Assembly (NCBI RefSeq): GCF_006345805.1
Contig: NC_043004.1
Location: 29,636,001 to 29,700,000 of the forward strand
Reading direction: 5' to 3'
Length of the DNA stretch: 64,000 nucleotides
From: Octopus sinensis
Lineage: Eukaryota
Within the stretch, counting starts at the first letter, position 1. Every line of letters starts with the position of its first letter. Positions 11,279 through 24,107 of the stretch are shown here, piece after piece. The notes beneath the pieces were generated by a model, which saw only the letters and a list, made by a program, of their open reading frames with translations, did not search any database and was not told the origin of the DNA. The position numbers and the translations under genes are program-made.

Positions 11279-11776
11279 TGCACATAAAAAGCACCATCCG
11301 AACGTGGCCGATGCCAGCGCCGCCTCGACTGGCTTCTGTGCCGGTGGAACATAAAAAGCACCATCTGAACGTGGCCGATGCCAGCGCCGCCTCGACTGGC
11401 TTCTGTGCCGGTGGCACATAAAAAGCACCATCTGAACGTGGCCGATGCCAGCGCCGCCTCGACTGGCTTCTGTGCCGGTGGCACATAAAAAGCACCATCT
11501 GAACGTGGCCGATGCCAGCGCCGCCTTGGCTGGCTTCCATGCCGGTGGCATGTTAAAAGCACCAACTGATCGTGGCCGATGCCAGACTCCCCTGGCACGT
11601 AAAAAGCACCCACTACACTCGTGGAGTGGTTGGCGTTAGGAAGGGCATCCAGCTGTAGAAACACTGCCAGATCAGACTGGAGCCTGGTACAGCCCCTGGC
11701 TTCCCAGACCCCGGTCGAACCGTCCAGCCCGTGCTAGCGCGGAAAACGGACGTTAAACGATGATGATGATGATGAT
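11279..11776 (+). mobile_element. Young RTE 3' tail with ~67-bp tandem repeat (4 near-identical copies plus a partial one)
   Basis: Unit gcacataaaaagcaccatctgaacgtggccgatgccagcgccgcctcgactggcttctgtgccggtg. CpGs intact. Ends in (GAT)n. Confidence 0.9.
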
Positions 11777-11971
11777 GCCATTCACAAAATCCCCTGACTG
11801 ATCTAGATCTTAACAACTACTTCACCAAGAGCCTCCCATCTTTCTTCTACCTGGGGGAGAATATCACTGTCACTCACTTTACCTACAGTATACTGACCAA
11901 ACTTTATAACAATCACATAAACAGCAATGGTCCAATCTCAAATAAACTGGGGATCCAGAATAGTATTTTAA

Positions 11972-12116
11972 CCCTTTAGCATTTAAACTGGTCATATCCA
12001 GCCAAACTATTTTAACTGTTTTATGGTCAAACCAGCCAGGTCTAGCTTCTCATACCTACCCTATAATGCTAAATCAAATCATTGAAAACTTGAAACTATG
12101 AGATAATGCTAAAGGG
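11972..12116. mobile_element. piggyBac-type MITE
   Basis: ttaa|ccctttagcatt ... aatgctaaaggg|ttaa: 12-bp TIRs with TTAA target site on both sides. Confidence 0.8.
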
Positions 12117-12129
12117 TTAAGGGTGCATC

Positions 12130-13070
12130 AAAAATTTTGACTTTGATGTATTTATTACAAGAAGCAACTAGCTTTCTTTCTCTAACATTGTACACAGTAC
12201 AACAGGTGATTTCAAAAGAGGACATCCTTATCCTTGGTTTCCTGATCCTCCTGCCTGCCGTTCACTCCACCTTCAGGTCTAGGCTCCTTCAGCTAGAAAG
12301 ACTGAAGGGCTGGCAGAAGGCAATTGATGCCCACCCAGCATTGTTCCTGTTAAAGAACTGCTTTCACATGCCTAAGTTATTGTTTTCCTTCCACAGTGCT
12401 CAACTACATATCTCTCCTCGCAGACCTTGATTCCTGTATCCAACAGGCCACCAAAGAGATATGCAACATTCGTTTCGATGAGACTGGATGGCAACAGGCA
12501 ACTTTACCCATCAAATATGGTTTCAAATTTTGCCACGAGGGCAGCAACTTTGGAGGAGGGGATGAGTTGATTACATTGACCCCAGTGTTCAACTGGTACC
12601 TATTTTATCGACCCCTACAGGATGAAAGGTAAAGTTGACCTCAGCCTCAGCCTTCATTTTCCAGTCTCATCCTGCCAGTTTTTCTGAACCATCTATGATT
12701 GGAGAATGCAAGGCAGCCTACATGACATGGAACCAGCTTGGCCTGCGCCCAGCTGATGTCCATCCCCCTCTCCCTTCTGTGGATGTCTGGTCCTCTCAAA
12801 AGAAATGGGATGCTATTTAGTGTAGCATTACTGGGGACAGTCTGCCATATTTCCATTCAGCGTCTGAGCCTCACAGCAAAGCTTGGCTCAATGTGGTGTC
12901 ATCACTCACAACTGGCATTCAGCTTGATAGTGACTGCTTACACATTTGTGTTTCCTTGAGGCTTGGTCTCCAGATCTGTGAGCCTCACGAATGCCCCTAC
13001 AGATCCTTTAGTCAGAGGGGATGTTCGCTACCCTCTGAGGCAACGCCTTTCCCATTTTGTCTGCTGGTAC
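12130..13070 (+). pseudogene. Decayed CRE-like (RLE-type) non-LTR retrotransposon ORF
   Basis: Fragments ALFLLKNCFHMPKLLF, GWQQATLPIKYG and SLRLGLQICEPHECP resemble the post-RT and zinc-knuckle region of CRE-clade elements. Interrupted by a SINE. Confidence 0.6.
12517..12645 (-). mobile_element. SINE fragment (third family) nested in the CRE-like ORF
   Basis: aactggtacctattttatcgaccc...gatgaaaggtaaagttgacctc, same family as 15440, 18400 and 40278. Confidence 0.75.
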
Positions 13071-15439
13071 CATGAGAAATGTTGAACTATGATTGAAGAT
13101 AGTGGCCTTTACTTTTATTTATTTCTTCTAGTTGTTTTTCTTTTGCTGGGTAGACAAACAACCCACTGCATAAAGGAATTACTTGGTTGTTTGTTTTTTT
13201 TTTATTTTGTGAATAATCATGTTCTTCTGATGTTGCTGTTAAAAAGTGTTTTGGAAAATATAAAAATAATAACCTAAACAAATTGATGTGTGAATAACTA
13301 TACAGGAATTTTGAAAGAAGTATCTATAATGTTAGTTTTAATCATTGAATGTCTGTGGAGGTTTACCAGCATAAAATAGTAATCGAAGGGGTTCATAAGT
13401 GAAAAATCGTTGAGAACCATTTAGTACATAAAGAAACTTAGTCATGGTTCTCATTGAGAAAATTATAGGATGATTTTGTGTGTTGGGATAAGTTTGTATT
13501 ATTCCATCAAGAGAAGAATCTACTGACTTGAAACCAGCCATTCATCTCAGAGAAAGAGAGGTGGGTATTTTTTTCCCAGGCACTTCTAGACCTTATGCAG
13601 CAGCCTCTATTTAATAAGTCATAAATCTTAAATCATACTCTTCTTTTCATTAACCCAGAATTGTCCTGCGCTCTGATAAACCAGAGGAAATATCCTCTTT
13701 ATTCATCTTGTTAATATTTAACTAGATAATTCTGTAAGGAAACAATATTAGTAGCTAGGTTAATGGTGCTCTGGGTAGCTTTCCTTACTTCTTACAAAAG
13801 TTCAGTAGCTAAGTCAAAAAGCTATTTGTAGTAGGAATCTCTTTCTTTCTCTCCCTCCTTCCCTCTCTTTCTCACTCACTCCCCCTCTTTTTCCTCTCAC
13901 TTTTCATCTTTGTCTCTCCCTCTCCACACACACACACACACACACTCTCTCTCTTTCACCCCTCCTCTATCTTCTTGTCAGGTTAAAAATTCTTTGTATA
14001 AAAATTGGAAATATTTGCAATAGTTTCTACCTTCCCTCTCTTACACTGCCTTTCCAGCTCATCACCACCACCATCACCTCTCCTCCTCTCTTTTTCAGTC
14101 TTTTGTATGTTAAATCTGTTAATCACTCAACTATGTAGCCCTAAATTGACTGGGTTTTTTGGTGTTTTTTAAAAAAATTTGTTGCTTGTTCCCCAATCCT
14201 TTACCAGCTAAAAAAATGTGTTAGAAAAGTCAGATTTTTTTCCATTCAATCTTCTTAACTTTACACTTTTGAAGTAATCTTATTGACATAGAACCCACTA
14301 TCTAAGTAAATATGTTTCTCGTTGTTGTTGTTGTTGTTTTCTTAATTAATATCTGCAACAATATTGTCACTTCATCTATTATCAGTATCATTTTCCCAGC
14401 CTACCAGTACTTTCTGTTTTCTTATTCTGGGATGATCTATCAACCTACAATTTAGTGCTAGAAACAAAAAACAACTCATCTCTTCCAGAATATATTTACT
14501 TATCTTTTGTTGTATCTTGTAAAATAAATAAATAAATGAATAATTCTCTCTTCTCTATTATACAAAACATTGGTGAAATTCTTCTCTAAGCAGTTAATCC
14601 TTCTCAGATGACCATTTGGAAGTTCAAATCTTCTGCAAGTATTTTGTTGTGTCTAAGAACATGACACTTAATTCTGTCTGTTCCAGTTTGAAATTAGCAT
14701 CAGATATCTCAATGTCTCATGAGACTACCATCCTGTCCAGGATATATTTGACTCTCATCTGTTCCCATTATAAAACTAAAGACAAAAATCAGCCTTATGA
14801 AGCATGGGGATGTACTTCATTTTTAGTTATATCTATTGGTCTCATTGGTTTTTGAGATAAAAATTAAAGCCCCAACCCACCTCCACATCAATTTGGATTG
14901 TCTTCTTCCATGAAGTTTCTGTTTGTAACAGTTGAAAGAGATGTAATTTTATTGTCACATACAGACACCATATATGACTGTTGCATAGCTTTTGTTATAA
15001 GGTAGTGCTATCTCTATTTGTCATGTTTCCTCACTGTTATTTTAATGATTATCAGTTCTGTTCCAATCTAACAACTTGAAGAACAAGAAAGATCAGAGGG
15101 TACCCCACTTATTACAGGACACTTCTGAGAAAATGCACCATCTGTCACTACCAATGGGATCCTCACTTTGGCTATTTGATCTGCTAGGCTTAGCAGCTAA
15201 ATCTCCATCGAATTACATCCTATCATCTTAAAAATGAAAAAAAGAATATATTTTATAATGTAGTTCACAACCTTAAAAAACAGATGTGATGTTCATGACT
15301 GCAATACCTTCAATCAAAGGTCTGCTTGGTGAGGCATGACCTTATGCTAAACAACCATTTGACCTCTCCATTGAAAGCTACTATTATTTTTCAATCTATG
15401 ATGTATAAAGATGAACTTTGTCAAAGGCTTTGGAAATAA

Positions 15440-15640
15440 TCTTTTCTGCTATAGGCACAAGGCCTGAAATTCTTGGGTAGAAGCTTAGTCAATTACAGTG
15501 ATTCCGGCACTCAACTGGTACTTCATTTATCAACCCCAAATGGATGAAAGGTAAAGTCGACCTCGGCGGAATTTGAACTCAGAATGTAAAGGCAGATGAA
15601 ATACTGCTAAGCATTTTGTCTGGCATGCTAATGATTCTGT
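15440..15640 (-). mobile_element. tRNA-derived SINE (third family)
   Basis: gaaaggtaaagtcgacctcggcggaatttgaactcag, the reverse complement of a B-box gagttcaaattcc. Confidence 0.8.
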
Positions 15641-16629
15641 TTTGTTATCACTGCTGCTGTGATGATGATGACAATTATCATCATCATCATCAGTTTCTTT
15701 CTACAATATCCATTCACAAGGTTTTGGTCAGCTCTAAGTTATAATAGAAGACACTTACCGAAGGTGTCGCACCTGCTCAATACGTATCAATATATATTTA
15801 TATTCTTATCTAAGCAATAGAAACTGGGAGGATGTGATATTAGAAACTTCTTTCAGCTGTTATCAGCATTGGGTAGGAGGACGTGTATGTATAAGAAGAG
15901 GGAAACAAAAAAATTAATGATGTGAGGAGAGGGGTTGAAGAGTTAATGGAGGAAAATATAATTATATTTCTATCAAATAATGAATGGATGACTTGTTTTA
16001 AATAAAATTATCAATTTGCAGATTATTCATATTCATAAATGAAACTTTTTTTTATTGTTTCAATTAATTTGATCTCTGGTCATTTTCATATATTGAATTA
16101 CCTGGATGTGTACATGGTCCCAGACTAGACGAGACTGATGAATATATTATCACATTCATTGGTGGACATAGCAAATGAGAATGTTATTACTTCTAATAAA
16201 GGATTCTAGGTCAAATCTAGCTTGGGTTTATTTATATATCAAGGAGTAATACACCTGATATTGACTGCAGATGAAACCAATTAAAATGTAGAGCAAATGA
16301 AGATGGTATCAAAAAATCAAAAGGAAGTTAAAGCTCAGAAGAATTATAATTGTTTAATTATCTATCTAAGATTGGCATGGCATTTTGTTTGAATCTTTAA
16401 TAATTCTGTGATTCCTCCATACTTGCCTTAATTTGTAAAATTGGCACTGGATTACAAATTTGCAGTTTACTATGCTAACCTTTCACTCCATTACTGATAT
16501 TATTTTGTTAGCTTTGGAGAAAAACATTAAGTCAACACTAGCAGGATTTTAACTCAAACAAAAAAAAATGTCTTCATAATGAAATTCGAGACACAGTTAC
16601 TGAAGACATTCAAATCCTTACATTGTCAT

Positions 16630-17700
16630 TAACTAATACTCTGGTTACGGTTCATTGATGATGTTTTCTGTTTTGTCTGGGAAGGATCACTGGATAGTTT
16701 AATTGACTTCTTGCATTTCTGTGACTGTTATGCTAAAACCTATGGCTTTAAGCCCAACATAAAATTTACATCTAGTTTTTCAAAAACTAGTGTTGAATTT
16801 TTGGTCACGAAAGTTAAGTTTTCTGGAGGCAGAATAGTGACAGAGTTATTTTGCAAGCCCACGTCATTCCACATTTACCTCCACTACCACTCCAATCATC
16901 TACATCATATAATTCAGTCAAATCCGAAATCCCAATTTTTGAGGATAAACAGATTTGTACTGACATAGGGGATTACTGGAAACATGCAAATGCTTTTGTA
17001 CACCATTATGTCAAATGCAGTTACAGTGAATTATGATTGAAGGAAATAGCTAAGATTAACAAAGAAAGTCAAACCTTCATGCATAATTTTAGCAAACACA
17101 GTATATTATGTAATAGAATTCCTTCAGTGATTAACTGGCACTTCAAAAGTGTTGCATGAAAGTTACCAGCATGTTGCGGAAAAATATTTTTGTTTCAAAC
17201 AAATATTTCCTCAGTTGCCTATTGAAGCCTTTAGATGGAATAAAAATATGAGAACTATTAACCTCTACTTCTGACTCCAATTGGAATATCTGCATGCTGT
17301 ACCTTGAAAAACAGTCACAAGAGAGGTACGCCCTATTCATTGTGCAACAACATGAGTCAAGTGAATTCCATCAGGAATCATAACAGAAATGTTATGATTT
17401 ATATAGTAGGTGGGACATGTAGAAATACCCATTTGTGTATGCAGCAGAATGCATGAAACAGAACTTGATTTATATTGGTTGTGCAACAGAATGATTAAAC
17501 AAAAGATTTAGTGAGCACAGATATGACATCAGGCACAATAACAATAGTTCAACAGAACTTGCTAAACATTTTGCATCAAACAGCTGCAATTTTGAAAAAG
17601 ATTTGAAAGTGCATATTCTCAGAAATTATTCTGAATCTGAAATTCTTTCACTACTCAAAATGCATGAGGTTATTAACATCATGCTCTGGAGGAATGAATA
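16630..17700 (+). pseudogene. Penelope-like element: RT C-terminus plus GIY-YIG endonuclease, decayed
   Basis: LWLRFIDDVF (16651), FCKPT..HIYLHYHSNH...SQFLRI, then VYAAECMKQNLIYIG...RFSEHRYDI...LAKHF (17435 onward). Confidence 0.88.
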
Positions 17701-18244
17701 AAATGACAGGAGAATTTCATTAAATTTACACAAAACTGATTAAATATTCTTCTTCTTTTTCCTTTTTGTTGTATAGTGAAACTGTACACCCTTCCCAGGT
17801 AAAAAGTGGTAGTAGGCAACTGTTATAAATACACCACTAGCAGGTCAACAGGAGATGGTCAGAAGGTCGAGAGTATGTGTAGACTGTTTTGATAGTCATG
17901 TCTGGGCTGACATAATAATCCAACTTTTTGAGGATAATAACACTGTTTGAGGAGGGGTCCTATAGTGCCAGATAGAAACATTCTATTGATGTCTTTGTTA
18001 ATATAACAATATCTGTCAGGGTGACAGCTATCAGCAAAAGACAGATACAAAAGTGGTAAAAGACTGCTTTACAATACTTTTCTTTTTTTCTTTCCTTTTT
18101 TTTATTTTCTTTTTCTTTTCGCCAATTGTAAAATTGAAACTTGAAGACTGATGTTATCATTCCATCAATGCATGCACATTGGTTGCTCTCGTTCATATTT
18201 TACATTTGAATTTCTAGAATTTTGAATTTTTATCACTTTTCATT

Positions 18245-18288
18245 TTGAACTTGACAAAGACAAGCTTGCTGTCAGAAATATTTTTCAA
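18245..18288 (+). ncRNA. Minimal hammerhead-like motif with U3:A8 core, in the 3' pseudo-LTR of the Penelope element
   Basis: ttgaac TTGACAA a gaca agcttgc tgtc a GAAA ta TT tttcaa, followed by AATAAA at 18291. Confidence 0.5.
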
Positions 18289-18370
18289 CCAATAAAATAC
18301 TTGTTGCAATTACATCACGCTTTTTGTCTTGTCTGTTTACCTTTGGGAAGAGTTACATCAATCCTTTTAA

Positions 18371-18371
<1 letters not shown>

Positions 18372-18404
<33 letters not shown>

Positions 18405-18775
18405 GTTTCAAATTTTGACACAAGTCCAGCAGTTTCAATGCAGGAGTTAAGTTGATTGTATTGACCCCTGTGCTCAACTGGTACTTATTTAATTGACCTC
18501 AAAAGGAAGACAGGCAAAGTCAACCACAGTGGAATTTGAACTCAGAACCTGAAGACAGACTAAATGCCACTAAACATTCTACCTGGTGTAATGATGATGA
18601 TGATGATGATGATGTTAATAATAATTGTTTCTGATTTTGCCTCAAGGCTAGCAATTTTGAAGTGATGAAATAAGTTGATCTCATCAACCTCAGGACTAAA
18701 GTCTGCTGCTTTTTCTTATCAATCTCAGAGGTATGAAAGGCAAATCCAACCTTGGTAGGATGTGAACTCTAAATG
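18372..18775 (-). mobile_element. Two tandem SINE copies (third family) with (TAA)n/(GAT)n tails
   Basis: Both contain aaggcaaa...ggaatttgaactc-type sequence. Confidence 0.7.
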
Positions 18776-19479
18776 TCATATTCAGTATACTATTATTTAA
18801 TGTACTATTTGAATACAGTAGTTCATAGAATTGATAATACCTTTCCCTAAAACACAACTTTCTGCCAAAGGTATTGGAAATCCTTATTTGATTTATTGTT
18901 TGTTATTATCATTATTAGGTTCAATATTATTCACCATTTTAATCTTGTAAATAAATCTTCTTTTCATGGATAAATAAAAAGATGGGGATAGGAAATATGA
19001 TATTGTGTGAGATTAGTGACCAACCAAATTACCTGATGATAGTCTTCCATAGTAAACTACATTACACATGTTCTTACATTTACTATATATATATCAGGTT
19101 GGTTCTGGTATTTCTAGAAGCATCTTTATTGTGTGTGCTTGTGTATGTGTGTGTAGGGGTGGGGTTCTAATCTCAAAAGAGCTGTTATTTTCTCTCCTGT
19201 ATTCTCAGTCACACAGCCTGACCTAAATTACAGACATAACAGTTGAAGTAGTTTGATAAATGTCACATTTTAGGGTTCATGAAAGGGACAGGATACAGTT
19301 AGTTTCCTTTTACAGGGGCAATTTTGGCTGCCATTACTGATGTTGTTCTTGCTGTTGCTGCTGCTGTCTGATTTTTTTCTTTTTATCAAATAGGATATAA
19401 GTATATTGTGTGTGGGGGGGGGGGGGTACACACACACACACACACACATGTACATACGTACATGGGTGAGGGGGATAGA

Positions 19480-20095
19480 TTCTCTCAAATGCCCTAGAGG
19501 TTCCCTAGGGGTAGTAAGTAGTTAGATAGTTTCTGTTACCTAGGTGACCTAATTAGCATTGGAGGAGGTTGTTCTGAAAGTGTAGTTGTTAGAATAATAA
19601 CAGAATGAAAAAAGTTCAGGGCATGATTATCTCTGAGGGAAAGAGGGCTTGTCTAAGAAAAGGTCTCTCCCTCAGAGTAAGAGGCAGATTGTATTATGCT
19701 TGTGTTGGAACAACAATGCTATATTGTAATAAGACATGGACTCTGAATGCAGAGGACTTATGGAGACTAATGAAGAAATGGTGTTAGTATGCTCTGTGGG
19801 ATGTGCAATCTCAGTCTGCATATACAACAAAGTGCAGATGTGTTAAGACAAAAATTGGGTATAAAAGGAAGATGTAGTGTGCAAGAGAGAAGTCTGTGCT
19901 AGTATGGTCACATGATGTATATGTACGATGACAGCAGTATAAACATATGCCAATCACTTAAAGTGGATGGAACTAATGAAAGAGGGATACCCAATAGTGA
20001 GACAAAATGCTGATGATCTTAAGAAGTTGAGGTTAGCAGAGGAGATGACAAAGGACTGAGATAGTTGTTTGATTCACTATTTGAAGAGACCTGTC
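19480..20095 (+). mobile_element. RTE-clade LINE fragment (old)
   Basis: KGLSLRVRGRLYYACVGTTMLYCNKTWTLNAEDL. Confidence 0.8.
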
Positions 20096-20184
20096 TGTCA
20101 TAATGAAAGTCATTTGTAAAAGGGTAGGCAATTCATGAACTGCCTACCCTGAGTAATTACTGATGGCATGTGCCTGATATATAC

Positions 20185-20267
<83 letters not shown>

Positions 20268-20279
20268 TATTATTTTATT

Positions 20280-20525
20280 TGTTAGGGAATAAAAATTCCG
20301 GCATCACAGGGGTTCAAATTATTCTCAATGAGGAAATATATATTTTTTCATTTAGAGATAGTAGGCCCCTTCTACTTTTAAGAAAGGTTCCTGCAAAACA
20401 TGGCGTGGTTAAGGGACCAGAAAATGAACCTCAAGAAACACGTGTAGCCGAGATATAAGTAGTATTAAATTTAAATTAAAATTCTTTTATATGGTGGGAT
20501 GAAGGGGCCTACTATCTCTAAATGA
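20280..20525. repeat. Small element with perfect 25-bp inverted repeat (probable Penelope pseudo-LTR remnant)
   Basis: tcatttagagatagtaggccccttc (20348-20372) / gaaggggcctactatctctaaatga (20501-20525). Starts with ttaggg and sits within (TA)n. Confidence 0.65.
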
Positions 20526-20997
20526 GTATATATATATATATGTATGTATGTATATTGTGTCAGTCACTTGTAAGGTCTATCATGTGGTAACATGCATAGA
20601 ATCCAGTACAACCAGTTGCATGTTTGAGTCATCAGCAACTAAAGCAGCACATCCACTAGGCTTGCCTGATGAGGAGGGTTGCTAGAAACACAGCAGGACT
20701 AAAAACCAGATCTGTCAAAAGGATGGATGAACCTAGTGTAGGTTCAATGACTATCTAGCAATAGAAGCTGAGGGCAGCTACTTTGAGTAAACTGTTATCT
20801 CTCAGTCATAATCTAAGTGATGTTTTTGATTTTTAATAAAATACTTTTATTTTTGGGTGGGATATTGAGTTACATTTTCTTTTTATGCAAGGTATCAAAT
20901 TTAACTTGAATATCCTGTAATGCTGGTGTCACAAGAAGGGCACCCAAAATCTGTACCCGTTGTTTTTACTGCAAACATACACACAAACATCCTGGAC

Positions 20998-21225
20998 CAG
21001 TGGTTCTCCACTAGGATTTATATGGCCCTAGGAGATCCATATAAGATTTTTTTGTTAAAATTTATCTGGAATAAATTGTTTATACATTTTTTTAATACAA
21101 CTCCTAATAATATTTCATAATAAAAATATTATAGGATTTTTTAAACATTGAATGGTTATGAGGGTTCACATGAGTAAAATAGGAATCAAACGGGTCCATA
21201 GGTAAAAAATTGTTGTGAACCACTG
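20998..21225. mobile_element. hAT-type MITE
   Basis: TIRs cagtggttc / gaaccactg. Imperfect 8-bp TSD tcctggac / tcctacac. Confidence 0.75.
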
Positions 21226-21629
21226 TCCTACACTGTATCTTGTTAAAGCCCACTCAGCTAACTGTCCATATAGTCAGTCCCTAACACACTCCAACCTCTT
21301 GTCCTAGACATGTTGTCTCCTCTCTTTGCCTTTCCTACCCTTTCTACTACAAGTGTCTTTGTTTCTTGGAACTGGCTGCTTTATGTTCCTTCATCACTCA
21401 TATTGTGCCCTCATCCCCAAGACTTCATGCAAACTGCTCTGTGACAGAATGTCAATTTTCTGGAGCAATTCTCTCCCTGCAGCTATTGTCTTGCAACAGT
21501 TGAAGAATAAGATCAATGGCATCAGTCTTATGGATCATGGACTGTCTTTATCTGTCTCCCCCTCCAGACCAGTTCAGTAAAACACACACACTTCAAGCAT
21601 AAATACACCCAAACACAAACATACAAGCA

Positions 21630-21631
<2 letters not shown>

Positions 21632-21694
<63 letters not shown>
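21632..21694. repeat. (CA)n microsatellite
   Basis: Directly visible. Confidence 0.95.
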
Positions 21695-21698
<4 letters not shown>

Positions 21699-22169
21699 GC
21701 ATGCACACATGGATACACACATACACAAATGCACAGACACATAAGCACAATACAAACACATGTAGACACACATGCACATACATAAACATAGCACTAGTAT
21801 CATGGATAAGAACACTGAAACTGCATTAGAAAAATAGAGTTGTAAGGTCAAAGAGTAAGTGTAGGATAATAAACAGGAGGAATATGGCTATGGGAGACAA
21901 TACTGTATAGAAAGGTTAATGGTACACAGTTGTTCAATATATGGAGTTACTGGTTATGATGCTGATGAATGGCTGTAGTAGCAGTGGTGGAGTTGGTAGA
22001 AGCGAAGGTGGTGGTGAGACAACTGTGAAATTATGAATTACTGTTGTTACTGTGTAGCCTCACTCAGTTGTGTTTCACCTGACCTTTGACACAGAGAAAG
22101 TATGTTGGTATGTGGGAGGAGAGGAAGGGAACTAAATAATTAAATCATCGTTTCTAGTCATGGCTACCC

Positions 22170-22297
22170 CATCATTATCATCATCATCATCGTTTAAGGG
22201 CTGCTTTTCATGCTGGCATGGGTTGGACGGTTGCCTTAGAACTGGCAAGCCAGGAGGCTGCATCAGGCTCTAAACTGATTTGGGAAGGTTTCTCTAC
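22170..22297 (-). mobile_element. RTE 3' tail fragment
   Basis: (CAT)n followed by catgctggcatgggttggacgg. Confidence 0.75.
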
Positions 22298-23051
22298 GAA
22301 CAGCACCCCTCCTATTGTAGTGGTTGGGGTACCACATATATCTGCAATAATAGTCCCATTCCTGTAGTTTCATCACACTGTGGGTGTGGTGTTGGAAGGA
22401 GCACCCACAACTCTCCCATCACCTGCGTCATTGCTTCCTCTTTTGTTGGGAATCTTGTTGTGAGAAGTATTGTTGGTGTATAAGAGGTGGAGTCTAGGTC
22501 ACCTTCTAAAATATAGGGCAAATAAGTTTACAAACAAAACTCATTAAATGGACTAGTTTGGCCACCTAATTAAGATGTATAACCCTTGACTCCAACTTTA
22601 TCCCCCATTCACTCAATTTGACAATCCAAATAAAGGCTTTGAATATCTGATAAATGTTGTCTTTGAAAACCTGCAGCATTGCCTTGAGCAGTTTAGCAAG
22701 AGTTTAGATCATATTGATGATTAACTGTCACAAAAGGAATTCTGTGAGGACCATGATGTGTGAAGCATACAGACCCCTTCAGTAGTATATATACAAACAA
22801 CCAAGGGTCTGATCAACACACTTGATTTATGGGAAAGTAGAGGAGTTCAAATTGATGTCACTCACACAAAGTCACAAGAAAAATGGAACTTAAAAATTGT
22901 AACCCTTTCAGCCCATTTCACAGGTGTTGTCCTATGAATTATGGGATAGTGGAATGTTAAAGTGACTTACTTAGTGTTAGGACTATTTAATTAGATTAAG
23001 ACAACTAGAACTAACGACAACAGATTATTGGATCAGTTTACTTTACCTTTT

Positions 23052-23395
23052 ATCATTTACTTGTTTCAGTCATGAAACTGATGCCATACTGGGGCACTTC
23101 CTTGAAGAATACTTTTTATTCTACTGTTCTCTTTTACCAAACTGTTAAGTTACAGGGATGTAAACACACCAACACCAGATGTCAAGTAGTGGGGGGAGGA
23201 GGAGACAAACACAGACTCTAAGACACACACTCACATGTGTGTGTGAGTGTGATACCCTCCTTTTAGTTTCCATCTACTAGATCCACTCAAAAGGCTTTGG
23301 TTGGCCTGAGGCTATAGTATAAGATACTTGTGCAAGGTGCCACACAGTGGGACTGAACTGGAAACCATGTGGTTGGAAGCAAAATTCTTATCACA
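23052..23395 (-). mobile_element. tRNA-derived SINE, near full length
   Basis: Reverse complement of the 45772 family. Confidence 0.8.
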
Positions 23396-23784
23396 GATAA
23401 GAAGTTTGCTATGTATTTCATTGATATACATAGGCAATACACTAAATGGCATTTAGGATATTGCCCATATATATCAATATGAATGTAGCGTGGCCAAATG
23501 TTTAAGAAGTTTGCTTCACACTCACAAGCTTCTTGATTCAATCCTACTGCATGACATCTTGGGTAACGGTAACTCCCCTGAAATCAACCCATACCTTGCA
23601 TTTCAAAAAGTGATGATGTAACTCTTCAATGTTGTAAAAAGAAAAAAATTTTCAGGATAAAACATCAAGAGTTAATGACTGTCAAACTTGGTGTGTAAGA
23701 AAATCAGACATTTCATTCTTAATGACTTGATATATGTGTGTGTGTGTGTGTGTGTGTATGTATACATATCTATCTAATATATAC

Positions 23785-24100
23785 TGAAATATGGGATTGC
23801 ACCTAGAAAGTTATCTTCCGAGGCACAAGTCCAGGCAAGGTTGTTTTATGGAAGGCCAGCAGTCACTCATGCATACCAGCCTCCCCGCTCCACACCACTG
23901 ATGTTATCCAAGGGAAAAGCAAATGTCAATACAGCTTGGCACCTGTGACATCGCAACTCATTTCTACAGCTGAGTGGACTGGAGCAATGTGCAATAAAGT
24001 GTCTTGCTCAAGACCACAACATGCAGCCCAGTCCGGGATTTGAACTCACAATCTCATGATCGTACACTCAATGCTCTAGCCATTGAGCCATGCGCCTTCA
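23785..24100 (-). mobile_element. tRNA-derived SINE
   Basis: Minus-strand head gaaggcgcatggctcaatggctagagc...gagttcaaatccc (A and B boxes). Confidence 0.7.
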
Positions 24101-24107
24101 CTCTAAT

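Noticed and set aside
11247-11664. Repetitive ORFs or CRISPR-like array
   Set aside because: A 67-bp tandem unit (not a multiple of 3) in an RTE 3' UTR, with no spacers.
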